64,000 nucleotides of DNA from Utricularia gibba (lineage: Eukaryota; Plantae; Magnoliophyta), in contig NEEC01000014.1 in assembly GCA_002189035.1 (NCBI GenBank), forward strand, positions 744,001-808,000, in the 5' to 3' direction. Shown one piece after another: positions 27,194 through 39,258 of the stretch; positions within the stretch are counted from its first letter, which is position 1, and every line of letters starts with the position of its first letter. Below the pieces are notes generated by a model. That model saw nothing but the letters and a program-made list of their open reading frames with translations. It searched no databases and was not told the DNA's origin. The translations under genes were made by a program, and so were the position numbers.

Positions 27194-28196
27194 GGTCGAA
27201 GGGAGACACCGAGGAGGTTGGGGGCGCGTATTTATAGAAAGCGGGCAGAGGTGCGGGAAACAAAGGAAAAAAGATAATTTTTTTAATATGTATTAAAATT
27301 AACTTTTATTAATAAAATAACCTAAAAAAAAGAGAGAGATATAGATAAAATCAATATCCGAGATTCCCATGGTACGGTATGCCTGGGAAATATGAGTATA
27401 ATGCTCGGCACATGTCATTTTGAGACATAAAGTTCTTTGGTCACGCTATAAAATTGTTACATGATTGATCATTTTTTTATTTTAGAAAATAAAAAAACCT
27501 AGGCATGCATGTGATAATGTGAGGCCCCACCCAAGTAAGCCACTTTAGTAGAATCTTACATTGGTTACATATGGAGGAAATAAAGAGATTAAATAAAATG
27601 TACAAGATATTTTTTCCAACACGATTGAAGATTCTTTATAGTTAGTAGAAACTCTGATTAAAAATGATGAAAATGTAAAAAAATGAGAATTGGATATATA
27701 AAACTGAGAATATTATATAAGAAAAATGTAGATCATGACACATAACTAAGATCTATAAATTGTACTAAAGAATTAAAATTGAATTTATAGTAATAAATTA
27801 AATCAAATATACATGAATAATTGCTTTTTTATAATGTAGATCATCACAATGCTTATCATTCAAAACTTGGTAACCTAAATTGATATAAATGGATAATTAA
27901 TTTATTGAATATTTTTTTAAAAAAATACAGATCAAAAATTTTTTTACAATGCACATCATGTGTCATGTAAAGTTACACTTGTGCATATGTATCTACGAAT
28001 CCGAAACTATATTACGGCAATGTTCGATGATCCGATTCTAACTCTCGGGTTTGGTTATGAAGAACTTAGGAATCATAATCTGCCTAAGTATTAGTCTCTA
28101 AAGTATATTTAGGAGGTTGATTAAGGTGAGAGATTAGCTTCATCACTAAGATTGGGATTCGGTGTCCACGACTCACCGAGACCCCATGTGGGCAGT

Positions 28197-28360
28197 CACG
28201 TGGATGTCCGAAATCGGATTTTCAGAATAAAATGATTTTTCAAAAAAAAAAAGAAAAAGAAAATATCTTGTACACGTATCCCACGTGGCAGTGAGTAGGG
28301 GAACCTTATCCTACCAATGAAGGCTTACTATGTGTCGACTTTTGCTTTTCGGGGACGTCA
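28197..28360. promoter_or_regulatory. G-box / I-box / CCAAT / ACGT motif cluster
   Basis: CACGTG at 28197 and 28282, CTTATCC (I-box reverse) 28305-28311, CCAAT 28314-28318, GACGTCA 28354-28360, in an otherwise AT-rich intergenic region. Confidence 0.4.
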
Positions 28361-28656
28361 CTCGGATGTATCAGGGGGAAAAAATATATTAAATTGTATA
28401 AATATATTGATTTTTCAAAAATACAATATTAATAATCTAAAATATATTCTGATTCAGAAAATACAATTACAAGATGCAGTGAATCGGCTGGTTCTTTGAC
28501 TTTTGAGGGGGAAAAGGAAGCTGCCATTTATTTGTATGAATGTAATATTATTATTTTATTTTATTTGTAATATTATTTCTTTTCTTCATTCCCTCACCAG
28601 AATCATACGGTGGAAAAGAGAAGCCTCCTGTTCTCCCGGCGGAGGAGTTGACGTCG

Positions 28657-28890
28657 ATGGCCGGAACGAAAACCTCCGGGCCAGTGAGATGGAAGATTGG
28701 CCGAGCAGCGTCGCGGATCAAATACGGGTTAGTTCGTGCGTTTTTCGGGTCCTTGGAAACTTGCTCCTGCATTCACATCGCCACGCTAGATGATGAAATC
28801 CATAGCGCCACTTGCGCTTACCGCCGCCGTCGCCGCCGCCGCCTACGTACCCGGTACTTGGGGGCTCGCCGAGGTTTATTGCAGAACTGA
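28657..28890 (+). CDS. Candidate small protein of unknown function (77 aa)
   Basis: GC-rich island with ORF MAGTKTSGPVRWKIGRAASRIKYGLVRAFFGSLETCSCIHIATLDDE..., downstream of the motif cluster. Overlapping ORFs exist in other frames and no family was recognised. Confidence 0.3.
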   Translation: MAGTKTSGPVRWKIGRAASRIKYGLVRAFFGSLETCSCIHIATLDDEIHSATCAYRRRRRRRLRTRYLGARRGLLQN

Positions 28891-29379
28891 TCCTAGACTT
28901 TCTAGACGCATGCTGCTGCTCTGTAACGAAAGTAGCCGCAGGACACTCGATACCCTATTTGAGTGTCACATTGCAAATGCCGAATCAGGTGCACTGCAAT
29001 TTTATTATTTTCTGCGTTTTTCAAGGCAATTTTTTTATATATAAATCCGATCGTACACGACAATCATTTGTCCTAATAAGAACATGAATTTCTGACTGAA
29101 TCCGGTGTGGCCGACACTTTCGGATTATACCAAAAAGGGGAGCGCCCACAGACGCGGCCGGACACGGCCTGAAATGGAGGCATGGCGTGTGGACGCGGGA
29201 GTGTGAATTTGTTGAACATTTGAAAATGAATTTATTTATCCGTTTCTCAACGTCCTGCCGTGTCCCGAATTTCAAACACGACACGTTTCTCTATAAACCA
29301 AACCCCTACCGGCTACAATTCTCATATGCTTTAACCCTAAACCCCACGAAGCACTTGCCCTTCCAGCCCCATTTTCCTG

Positions 29380-29816
29380 ATGCCAACGAAGTCCGATTCC
29401 AAGGCAGCGGACACCGCCGCCACCGCCGCCACCAAGCTGTATCGTATAATCGCGATCCCTTTGCGAGCACTGTGCAAGGCTCGGATCTGTACGTCCGGAG
29501 CATGATCCGGTGCTCGAACGTCACCGTGACGGGAGTCCCGATAATGGGGGTCGCTCCTCCTAGCCTCCCCCGTAGCTTCAGCACGAGTTCCAACTCCGAG
29601 GAGGATCTACGGGAACTCATCCGAGCGTCGTCCCGGAGGGTGGCCGCCGCCATGCCCCCCAGGAGCGTCAGTGTGGCCATGGGAAGGATCGATGAGGACA
29701 GACCTTGCTACTACTCTTCTCCGGACATGAATTCCCAGTTCTACCGCCGCAGCAAAAGTCACGCCGTGGAGGAGCGGAAGGCGAGGACCGGTAGAGTCAC
29801 AGCTACAGTTTTCTGA
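29380..29816 (+). CDS. Plant-specific uncharacterised protein (LPRSFS / DLRELIRA / MGRIDED family), with a -1 frameshift at 29483-29484
   Basis: ATG 29380 gives MPTKSDSKAADTAATAATKLYRIIAIPLRALCKAR. Adding one G (CGG GAT) continues DLYVRSMIRC...SLPRSFSTSSNSEEDLRELIRASS...PRSVSVAMGRIDEDRPC...YRRSKSHAV...*. Both halves match the family pattern. Confidence 0.75.
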
Positions 29817-30434
29817 TGGAAAGATGTCACGGTTTCACACTATAAAACCTGTTGACTTTCATTTTAGAAAAATCAGCATCGGGTGGATCGGGCAACTGGG
29901 TCGGGCCAATGGGCCTTAGAACACAAATGGGCTGAACAGTATCCATCTCGCTTGTAAACTTAATTTGGGGAAACCAATGGGTTGGATTGCAGGCGGGTCG
30001 GGTTTAGAGCACGGGTGAGTGGTGAAATATAATATATATCATTTAAAGGATAATTGAGATTTATCTTTGATTAAAAAAGTATTTATGTAATGGTCTTTTA
30101 TAGGTTGGCATTTATGACCTTTTGTCTGCACTTGGACACGGATACGGATACCCGCCCCACGGGTGCGGGCGCACGTGCAGCCCATCACATTAATCATTGG
30201 ATGAACAGTGTGCAAATTTGACCCCTCCATACGCGCCCGTCTTTCATTATCCGAGAAATTAAACTAATGTGATAACCCAATTCTAATGTGAATTTGAGTA
30301 TTATGTGACTTTGATATTATAACAAGCAATCCCACAACGATATTTGAAAATGAAATAATTAAATATATAAAAAAAATTTATAAATCATTAATTATGAATT
30401 GAATTTAATTTTGTTTTAATATGATTCATATTTA

Positions 30435-30703
30435 TTATGTATTTAGATTTTAAATGTACTCATACAATCTCATCAAATCTTTGATTTTAACATCTAGTCA
30501 GACTCATCTGATATGTGTTGAATTTAATTTTATATATTTAGATTTTACGTATACTCATACAATCTCATCAAATTTTTAATTTTAACATCTAGTCATCCTC
30601 ATCGGATATGAGTTGAATTTAATTTTATGTATTTAGATTTTACGTGTATTCATACAATCTCATCAAATCTTTAATTTTAACATCCAATCATCATCATCGG
30701 ATA
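30435..30703 (+). repeat. Tandem repeat, 95-bp unit, about 2.8 copies
   Basis: ATTTAGATTTT recurs at 30441, 30536 and 30631, each followed by CATACAATCTCATCAAAT...TTTTAACATC...CATC.GATA. Confidence 0.9.
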
Positions 30704-31664
30704 ATGAATCTAGAATACAAATTCGAAAATGTCAAATAGAAGCACTTTCTTAAGAAAACAAATGATGTTAATGTATTTTGTCGAATAATCCAATTCTGAT
30801 GTGAATTAGAGTTTCATGTAACCAAGATTTTAGGATTTGTTTGATAGCTGATATTAGAAGGAAAATCTTACGGCTTGTTCATAGAAGTTCATAATACGTT
30901 GAAATGGGATTTAATATTCCTAAATTTTGGATTTTTTTAAATCCCATCTTTGCAGATAAGATTTTCATATATTGCTTCTTATTATATGTCTTTATTCTTT
31001 CTTTCTGTTTTATTTCTATTAAAAAATAATAAAATACTTAGTATTCTAATTACAACTAAGCATCCAAACACAGTTTGTCTCATTCATATACTTGTATATG
31101 TGTATTAAATCATTTTCTAACATATTACAATGCTACAATCAAACGATCTACGTTTATCACAATGCATTTCACTGGATGCTAACTAATCCTGGACTGAATT
31201 GGAGCTTTAGAATGGTCTTTGCCACAAGGATTCTTTCTATTGGTATGTTTTCCGATAGGAGCAATAATTGGGGGGTGGAGGCCGGAGTCAAATGATTGCA
31301 GCATTTGACCGGAAACACACATGAGGACGTGATAGATAATTGGTGCCTCTTCCCCTTCTCTGCATTGAAAACGATGCCTGAACCACGTCGGAGCCTGGAG
31401 TTTCTGAACCCTGAATTGGGTGGAGGGTCACCCGGGCTCGCTCGGTATCTGGGGTGTTTGATGCCAGGCGCTTCCCCTATCTGTCTGTCTACTGCTGGTG
31501 GCGTGTGAACAGCTACAGGTTACAAACCAGTGATTCTGGAACGTTGTCAGTTGGTGGGTTGGTTCGAGAGGCTACATCGCAGACTGTGGATTCTAAAACT
31601 CCCCTTTCTTTGATGTTCTGTAAAGCTAAATGTTTAAAAAAGGACTTGGGAGTTGTGGTCTTCC

Positions 31665-32368
31665 TCACTTCTTCTTCCTCCTGAGCGAACCGCCTGTTGC
31701 AGACAAAGGAAAAGCTTGTTTTTTCGTCAAGGGGTTGGTGGCGGGACACGCTTACTGCTAGAGTAAGAGGGAAGTTGGAAGAAAGAACAAACTGACCTGA
31801 TTTCACGCCATGAGATTTGGACAAGCCCTTGTGCTTCAAGTTTCTTGTTTCTGATTCTGCCTGCATAAGAAGCTCAAGTTTTGAGAAACTGGGGTTTCTA
31901 GGACTTGCTTCTACAGTAAAACAGTTGATACTGCTACCTGGAAACGTGCGCCCTCCTGACTATCGCAGTAGCTCGGTCTTTTCTAGAGCAGGACGAATCA
32001 CAAGACACGAAAAGCGAGTTAAATTAATCCCGAAACAGGAGATCCAAGAGGAATTGTGGAAACACAGGCTTTTCGCATACCTGTGGGAAACGAGAAACTT
32101 GAGATGTTGCAGTGTCGGCCGTACACCTGGAAAGCGATTCGGTGCCCTTCTTCTTCCCTCCACCGCCATAGCCACGAGCTTCTTCTGCGCCCTGATCACG
32201 CAAATGGGGCGGCCCCGAGGACGCGTCCGACGCCAACGACGAATCTTCCTCATCATCTTCCAGCGTCGTAACGCAGGCGTAAGGCTCGGTGAAGCACGAG
32301 GAAGCTTGATAAAAGTAGCTAGTCCAGCCAGAAGCACACCCGCTGCTAAACTCAGAAGACGTATCCAT
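31665..32368 (-). CDS. SOFL: SOB FIVE-LIKE / VUP family protein
   Basis: Motifs SSGCASGWTSY (family SSGCESGWTxY), EEDSSLASDASSGP, KKK and DTATS. Exon 1 ends at CAG|GTATGC; inferred exons 2-3 give AESETRNLKHKGLSKSHGVKS|GGSLRRKKK*. An unspliced version would stop at 32024. Confidence 0.75.
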
Positions 32369-33885
32369 ACTTAAGGGATGGTTCCTTCCACCTTCCCTGC
32401 ACCAGCTAATTTAAAGAGAAGGCTGAGCCCAAGAGAAGAGCAATCCAAATCCAAGTCCTTGTTTGATAATTCTTCCTTCAAGAAATGAGCTTTGCCAGTT
32501 GTTGGTGGGGTAGGGTTAGGGCATCGGTACCTAGCAGTAGAAGAATGGCAATATCATGTGATTTAGTGCAGCTACAAAATCGCTTTCAAAAAAAGAAAAA
32601 AAAATGCATTTGTACGTCTTCTAGACAAAATGAGGCATGAACTATGAACTTCATATGTTACACAAACTTTGTGATACCTCGAATAGTCGATATCGAATAA
32701 CACTCGAAAATTATTTAGAAAAATAGTCATTTAAGTGATATGTGTATGCAAAAAATAATTATATTTAATATGATTTTTTTTTTTTTTATCTCAGAAGACA
32801 GCATCTTAATTGCTCATAGATATGGAGAGCATCAACAAGAAAATGTGAATAGCATAACCTTGAAAACTGAACATTGTTTTTGAAAATTTAATTTGATAGT
32901 ATAACACACAATCAATATGTTTTGTAATTTGAAGTTATGTTTTAAATTATGTAAAATAAAATCAGTTTTAAGATTGTAAAACTGTTTTGTGAAATAATAT
33001 AAAATTACACTATAAATTTTAATAAACTAAAACATATATTATAAAGTTTAATATATATAATTTAATGTCATTGATATGAATATATTTTTAAGGTAAATAA
33101 AAAATAAAAAATATATTTTTAATTAATTTCTTATTTAATCAGTACAATAAATATTTAATAATCTTGATTTTTAATTGTATTAATTAAATATAATCAATTC
33201 GAAAAATGACGCACACAACTCTAATAAATAATATCTGAAAAAAGATTCCATATTAAATGAAATGAGAATTAATTATTTAGAAACAAGATTTATATTTCAT
33301 GATAATTTAATTTATGAAGTAATAAACAGGAGCTGATTAGGTATTCCAATGAGGTGTTGACTTGGGAATTGTGAGAAAGGGGCGCAGCAGCAGCAAAGCA
33401 ATCATGGGTGTGCGCGCGAGGGATGGCGAGAAGGTGTGTTGTGTGGTCACGTCAATCCGGACGCCTCGAGGGGAATTGCTGGCTGAAATAATGCAGAGGG
33501 ATGATGGATGATTGGGCGAATGATTGATCGGAGAAATTGAATGCCGGTGGACCGGAGAACAAGTGACGCCGCTCGTGTTCTTATCATTCATTATTATCCC
33601 CCGCAGACACTCGTGCGTGTCCGTCCCCAACTCCACCCGATTTTGCCTAATGATTATGATGATCCGCACTCGTGCGCGGGTGGACACCCGACTGGTGGTG
33701 ACACGTGGCGTTCTTCTAAATGTCCAAATATGTGCTTTTGCTCGGTTTCAGAGCTATGGTTCACGAGCGTGGGTTGTGGGGGATGAGAAAATGTAACCAT
33801 CCTTTGTGGATATGGAACAACACCCTTCTTCTGAATACAACGGGTTTATGGATACATATCTGAGTACGTTGTGTTTCACATTGTT

Positions 33886-36077
33886 CTAGAGGTTTAGCAG
33901 CTCTGAGAAGAAGCTCTGGCGTGGAGATGGCTTTCCATGCCAAGCTGAGGGATGAATTGTGGAAGGTGATGAACCGTTCAGATAGGGAACGATGTGTTTC
34001 TTCATGTCGTCTTTCGAGATTCCGAGGTGGTTCCCAGCGACTGAGATGTACTTAACTCGACCGGCATCGTCCAGCTTCTTCAAGCCGATCCAGTCCTCTG
34101 TGTATAGCTTCGTCTTGATGCAGAAAGAAAATCAGGCATTCAGTCCTCAGTGTTCCCACATGATGAACATAAGAAAAGCCAGAATGATGCTTCATCCGGG
34201 GTGAAGGCATGGTTACCTGCTGTGGAGGAAGGACAGGGCTAAAGGCTCCATCCGGATAGTATCCAAACCAGGCCGTCTGCTTTGGAATGATCACAGTGTC
34301 ATGCTCGAACTGATCACAGGACGAATTCAACCCGTTACAATCGAGCAAACCGGAAGCAGCATAGAGTGAAAACCCGTTACATACCATGATGAGTACGAGG
34401 TTCTGCAAGGCAGAGAACCGTTCTTTGAAGGTAGCATTCCTCTCACCAGGAAGCTCATTGTTGAGCTTGGGAAGAAAGCGGCATTTTTTCTGGTAGTCCT
34501 CCATATCCTGTCAAGTAAAGAATACATACCCTTTAGTTTCAAAGTTTGAGAATCCCGCAGTGGCATTCAGCAGATTTTTAAAACAGGAAAACTAACATCT
34601 TCTTACATTGGGCAGTTTAAGGTAGCCGCTGGGAGCCAAGTGTTCCTGCAGTTTAAAGCAAGGAGCTGAACACAAACAAGCGCCATGCTGTTCATATAGT
34701 TGCTTAAACAAATCGGAGAAAAGAGGCATACTTGAACATAATCGGAATAGATTTCGGACTTCATGATAGCATCAGCTATAATGCATAGAATGCCGGACTG
34801 CGAAGAGAGGCAACGACCCAACAATGGTTGCCATGAATCATAATGTAAACCAAACAGCAAGGAGGGGGGAACCTAAGGCTAAAAGGATCACTTACTCCAC
34901 ACAGAGGAACGGAGGCAGTACCCGCATGAGGTCCCCCAAGCGAGATGAAATTTCTGACCTGTTATACATACCCCAGAATCAAGCCATATCCCCATTGCTG
35001 AACACATACAGAAAATGAAGAACTCACCGGTGGTCCACCATCACAGAATTCTACAACCCCTCGCCCAATCAGGTTTCCCTTTGTGAAAAACAATTAACAG
35101 TAGACATTGAGCTTTGATAACTTTAGGGGCTGATCCAAAATTGTGCAGAATGACTGCTATTGCAGCACTTCCACAAGACTAAATAATGTATAAAAACCAT
35201 AAGACATTTACAGCTTTAAAGCTTACCTGGGAGAGGCCAACAATATTGTATCCATCCTGGAGTTCCTTCATTTGCTTGACCTGAAGTTCAGTAAAAATTC
35301 GACATGTTATCAACTTTCGACTGAAACAATGCTCTACGTATTGAGAGACAAATTACTAACCTTCTTGCACACAATTTCAGTCTGCATTTGAAGCACCATG
35401 TCAAGGTTAGGCCACAAGCAGAAGGGGTAATGGGATAAACTTTGATCACAGATGAAGCATGCTTACCTGCTCTTCAAGAGGTTTAAACCAAGAATCCCAT
35501 CCCCCATCTCCAATTTCTCTAAAAATTTTGAACCCAAATCACTGAAATTAAACCTTAAACAATAGAAGCAACACATCCTACCAAAAGTTCCCTCACATAA
35601 CTACATCACGCAATTTCTTTGAAGAGAGTATGTAACTTGTAAGTGAACAAATCCAGGTTTTTAGTGAAACAGCAGAGCGATATCAAGCCAGGTGGTTGCA
35701 ATAACAAAACTGGAGAACAAGAAACATCATCAAGAAACTAACATGCAGTGCCCTTCAGAATTGGACCATTCGCTGAGCTCCTGAGTAAAAAGCGTCATTC
35801 CCCTATTAGAACACTGGTCTCCAATTCCTAAGACAGGGATAGCAAGCCGTCAAGGCAGTGGAACCACAAACAGCGAGAGGGGGAAACTAAAGCATGTACC
35901 ATGGAGTACAATGAAGGGCAAACCACGCGAGACTGGGATACACGCAAGGAAAGCGATGACCAGGCAACTGAAATTAATCGATGACAGAAAATGAGATCCG
36001 GGTGTTGCAAAAGACTCGGTTTTTCCGCCTTCCCTTCGTTTCCCAAGAACGTCAACGAGAATCCTGGGCATATTCAT
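33886..36077 (-). CDS. PPT1: Palmitoyl-protein thioesterase 1 (about 12 exons)
   Basis: LPFIVLHG|IGDQCSNRG, EIGDGGWDSW, GYNIVGLSQ|GNLIGRGVVEFCDGGPP|VRNFISLGGPHAGTASVP, EHLAPSGY, FLPKLNNE, FEHDTVIIPKQTAWFGYYP, LYTEDWIGLKKLDDAGRV, GNHL. Lipase-type GxSxG across a splice junction. Confidence 0.95.
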
Positions 36078-36839
36078 CCCGTTCCCTCCCTCTGGAGTAT
36101 TCTGCTAGACTCTCCTTCGCGTTGGCTAAGCACAAATATGATCACACAGCAAAACGCGGATCGAATATTGCTTCGATCCAAGAAACATATTAAATTACTA
36201 TACGGCTTTTTCTTATTTTACTTAAGAAAATTGTACAACATCCAGTATATATTATTACAAATCGGGAATTTCCAAAGATTAAATGGAATGAAAATTCTTT
36301 TTAAAAATTTACTCTTAAATTATTATTATTATTTCCCTAAGAAATATACTTATATACAAAATTTTGAAAACTATAACGAAAATTGATGAATAGTCGACAA
36401 TCCCTAGCCTCCCTCTAATATTGCCCATGCGCCGATCACGCCATGCATTCTTGCTTCTGCATTCTGAACTCTCAACATTGATCTTACATTTTTTTTCCCA
36501 AAATGCCCACAACTTCTATAAGAATCTCAACAACTATAACCTCATATCATAGTAAAAGAGTTACAATACATACAATTTCCTAAATGATGGCAACAGGCCT
36601 AAAGATTAATATGCAACTAGAGTTGTTGGTTCATTATAAGAATCTTGATCAAAATGAATGCAATTCAAACTTGAGTTGTTCATTCATCACAACAACCCAA
36701 TACTCAAGTTCACTAAACACCACCACCACCAGATATCACATGATTGAGACACTAGAGAACTATCAGCATCACAAGCACTGACATAAGTTTCATGATAGAA
36801 GAGTTAGATAACATCACTTAAACCAAGATGCAGCAAGCC

Positions 36840-39212
36840 TCAGGCTGTGGTTCCAGGATCTTGCTTCTTCTCAACCTTATAAGCAGACCACTGGTCATCA
36901 CTGATCGGCAGCATGGTTGACAACGAACATTCGGGTGTCACCAGGGTAGTATTTTGTGGAACAAGTATGGTGCGCGATGATGAGCCTGTGCTGGCTGGGG
37001 GTTGTATAACTAAAGGTTCAACTGATTTGGCCTCCCCCACTTCACCATGAACTGGGGCTGGATTGCTGGGCTGAAGAATTGCATGCGATGAACCTGGGAC
37101 ATCGGCATTAATGGCATTCACATTTTCAGCTGAAGTCTTGGCTCGTTTCGCCTGTAACTCTGTTTCTGTAGTGATGATTTTTCATAAGAAACAAAGCGTT
37201 CATCAAAAGTTCACATCATATTATAGTTAAAAGCTTTACTAGACAGACATCGTGTTGAATTCTCGTTTTCATACACCCCTTTACTGTTTATCAGGAACAA
37301 CAATACCTGGTTACAAAATTAATAATACTCAGAGACGGAAAAAGGAAAAATCTGGCATTGCTACACTTACCTTCATTATCAAAATCCGTTTGCTTTCTAG
37401 TTGACGCTCTCTCTTCAACCCTCAATGTTCCAACAATAGCAGATTGCTCTACAGAAGATGGTTTTGGCTGCGGTGTTTCAGGACAAACAGAAGATGGTAT
37501 TGATGACACCGCAGGCTGGGAGCCTATCAAGATTCAAATTTCAAGGGCCCTACGTCCCATGATACTATGTTGAAACATGACTAGAAGAGAGCTAGTAAAT
37601 ACTTGCTTTCATCAGCACTAAGATCACGTCTAACCAAATGTACGTACGGCCATCCTTTTCTCTTAAGCACAAAATTAAAAAATTCAGAAAACTGCGTACA
37701 AGAATGAAGGCATGCAAAATGAAAAATCATGTATAATAGTTTCTCACCATCAATAAGTGCATGATATGCAACTTTTGCAGCATTCATCTCAGCTTGCTTC
37801 TTAGTTTTAGCTTCTCCACCATGAAAGGAAAGTTCGCCAAGCTCCACTTGAGATACAAATGAAGGTTTGTGCGACAAACCGAAGGTGGTGGTTTTATATG
37901 ATGGATCATCTAAACCCCTTCTCAGAGCAAGTTCTTGAAGAAGGTTTTTATATGAAACATCATCCTAACATCATGCCAAAAAATATGATTTTTGTTGCTG
38001 ACAAACAGTAGATGACAATAATAATGTCACTATAAAGTTAACGTGCATTACTAACCCCTTGAACCACATCTAATGACATTGCTTCGCAGGCAGCCTTTGC
38101 AACTGCATGCTCAGCTTCCCTTAATGTAGTGAATGACTCCTGTGTCTCATACGATTGTCCATCTACAGAAACCTTCGATTTGAATCTTAGTGCATGACCA
38201 GGACCTTCAGTATTAGTATGATATACAGGAAGAGCAATAGCTTTTTTTTGCGCATACTGTTGCAGCAAATTTTTATAAATATGCAATTTTCCTGCAAGTC
38301 ATACAATAATCTTCTAAATACTGCAACAAAGCAGAAGTACCTGAGCATACTACCTGTAGAGGGCAGAAAATGAAGTACAATACCTTTCTGCACTTGTAAA
38401 GCATCCCCAGAAACAGTAGGCGATTGCACAATGTTTCCAAAATTCTGTTGTGCCATCACCACACTATTCAAATTACTCGTAGGAGACTCAGTCTTTGGAG
38501 CCAGAACTAAAAGCAAGAACCAAGTTATGGATTACATTTCCCATATCTCAAAAGATAAATTAAACTGCACATACACAGAACCTACTATAAATTGTTCGAC
38601 AAGATTACAAAAGGAACATAATGCATTCATGAAAGCCTTTATTTCAAATCGAACTGTAACTACATAAATTCAACTTGAAATCGCCTGACAAATCATAAAA
38701 AAATTTCCCGATGAGGACATGGCACACCTATAGTTTCTTGAAAAAGAGAAAAAAAATTAGATAATCTTAGATAGATAACCCAGGTTAAATATGGTCAACA
38801 TCCCTAAGTTACCTGGTGTGCGAAATGTGGGAATCGGAAGTTCCGAAGGTGAAGGTGAAATTGGGATAATCGGGCCCCCATCCGCGACTGGATACTGCGT
38901 GTTAGCCATATGATACGCCGCTTGAGGCACTTGATAGCCGGAGTAATTTACAGACTGCGTGGGGTAATTGACTGCGGAGGAGTTGGCAACCTGTGCCGAT
39001 AGAGAGGTGAGATGATAAAGTGCGATATGGGCAGCATCATTTTGAGCCTCCTTTGCAGATTTGTGATGGCCAGGGGTGAGGTACGTATTCCCATTCACGT
39101 TAACCGTCGCCGTGAAACGCGGCGCATGTTGCGGCCCATCCTTCAGAGTGTTGTACTCCGGAAATGGCCACCGCCATCGTTGGCATAATTCCTGAAGTTT
39201 ACTCTTGTACAT
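36840..39212 (-). CDS. DRB4: Double-stranded RNA-binding protein with three dsRBDs (DRB4-like)
   Basis: Three dsRBDs: MYKSKLQELCQ...GPQHAPRFTATVNV...KEAQNDAA; IYKNLLQQYAQK...GPGHALRFKSKV...REAEHAVA; SYKNLLQELA...HKPSFVSQVE...KTKKQAEMNAAKVAY. Disordered tail ending LPISDDQWSAY. Assignment to the DRB4 clade is inference. Confidence 0.85.
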
Positions 39213-39258
39213 TGCGGCACTATCGGAACTAGGGTTTCATCCGCAAGCTCTTCGAAGC

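Noticed and set aside
29330-29345. TAACCCTAAACCC telomere-like sequence
   Set aside because: Under two units; an ordinary telo-box, not an interstitial telomeric array.
31290-31620. Coding-looking minus-strand fragments (LQNIKERGVLESTVCD..., SFSMQRRGRGTNYLSRPHVCFRSNAAII*) downstream of SOFL
   Set aside because: Interrupted by three stops, no credible splice path, and I cannot assign a family. A tBLASTn would settle it.
33337-33800. GC-rich island between SOFL and PPT1 as a possible pre-miRNA or small gene
   Set aside because: No match to conserved miRNAs I know and no long fold-back seen; ORFs lack motifs. More likely regulatory or UTR sequence.
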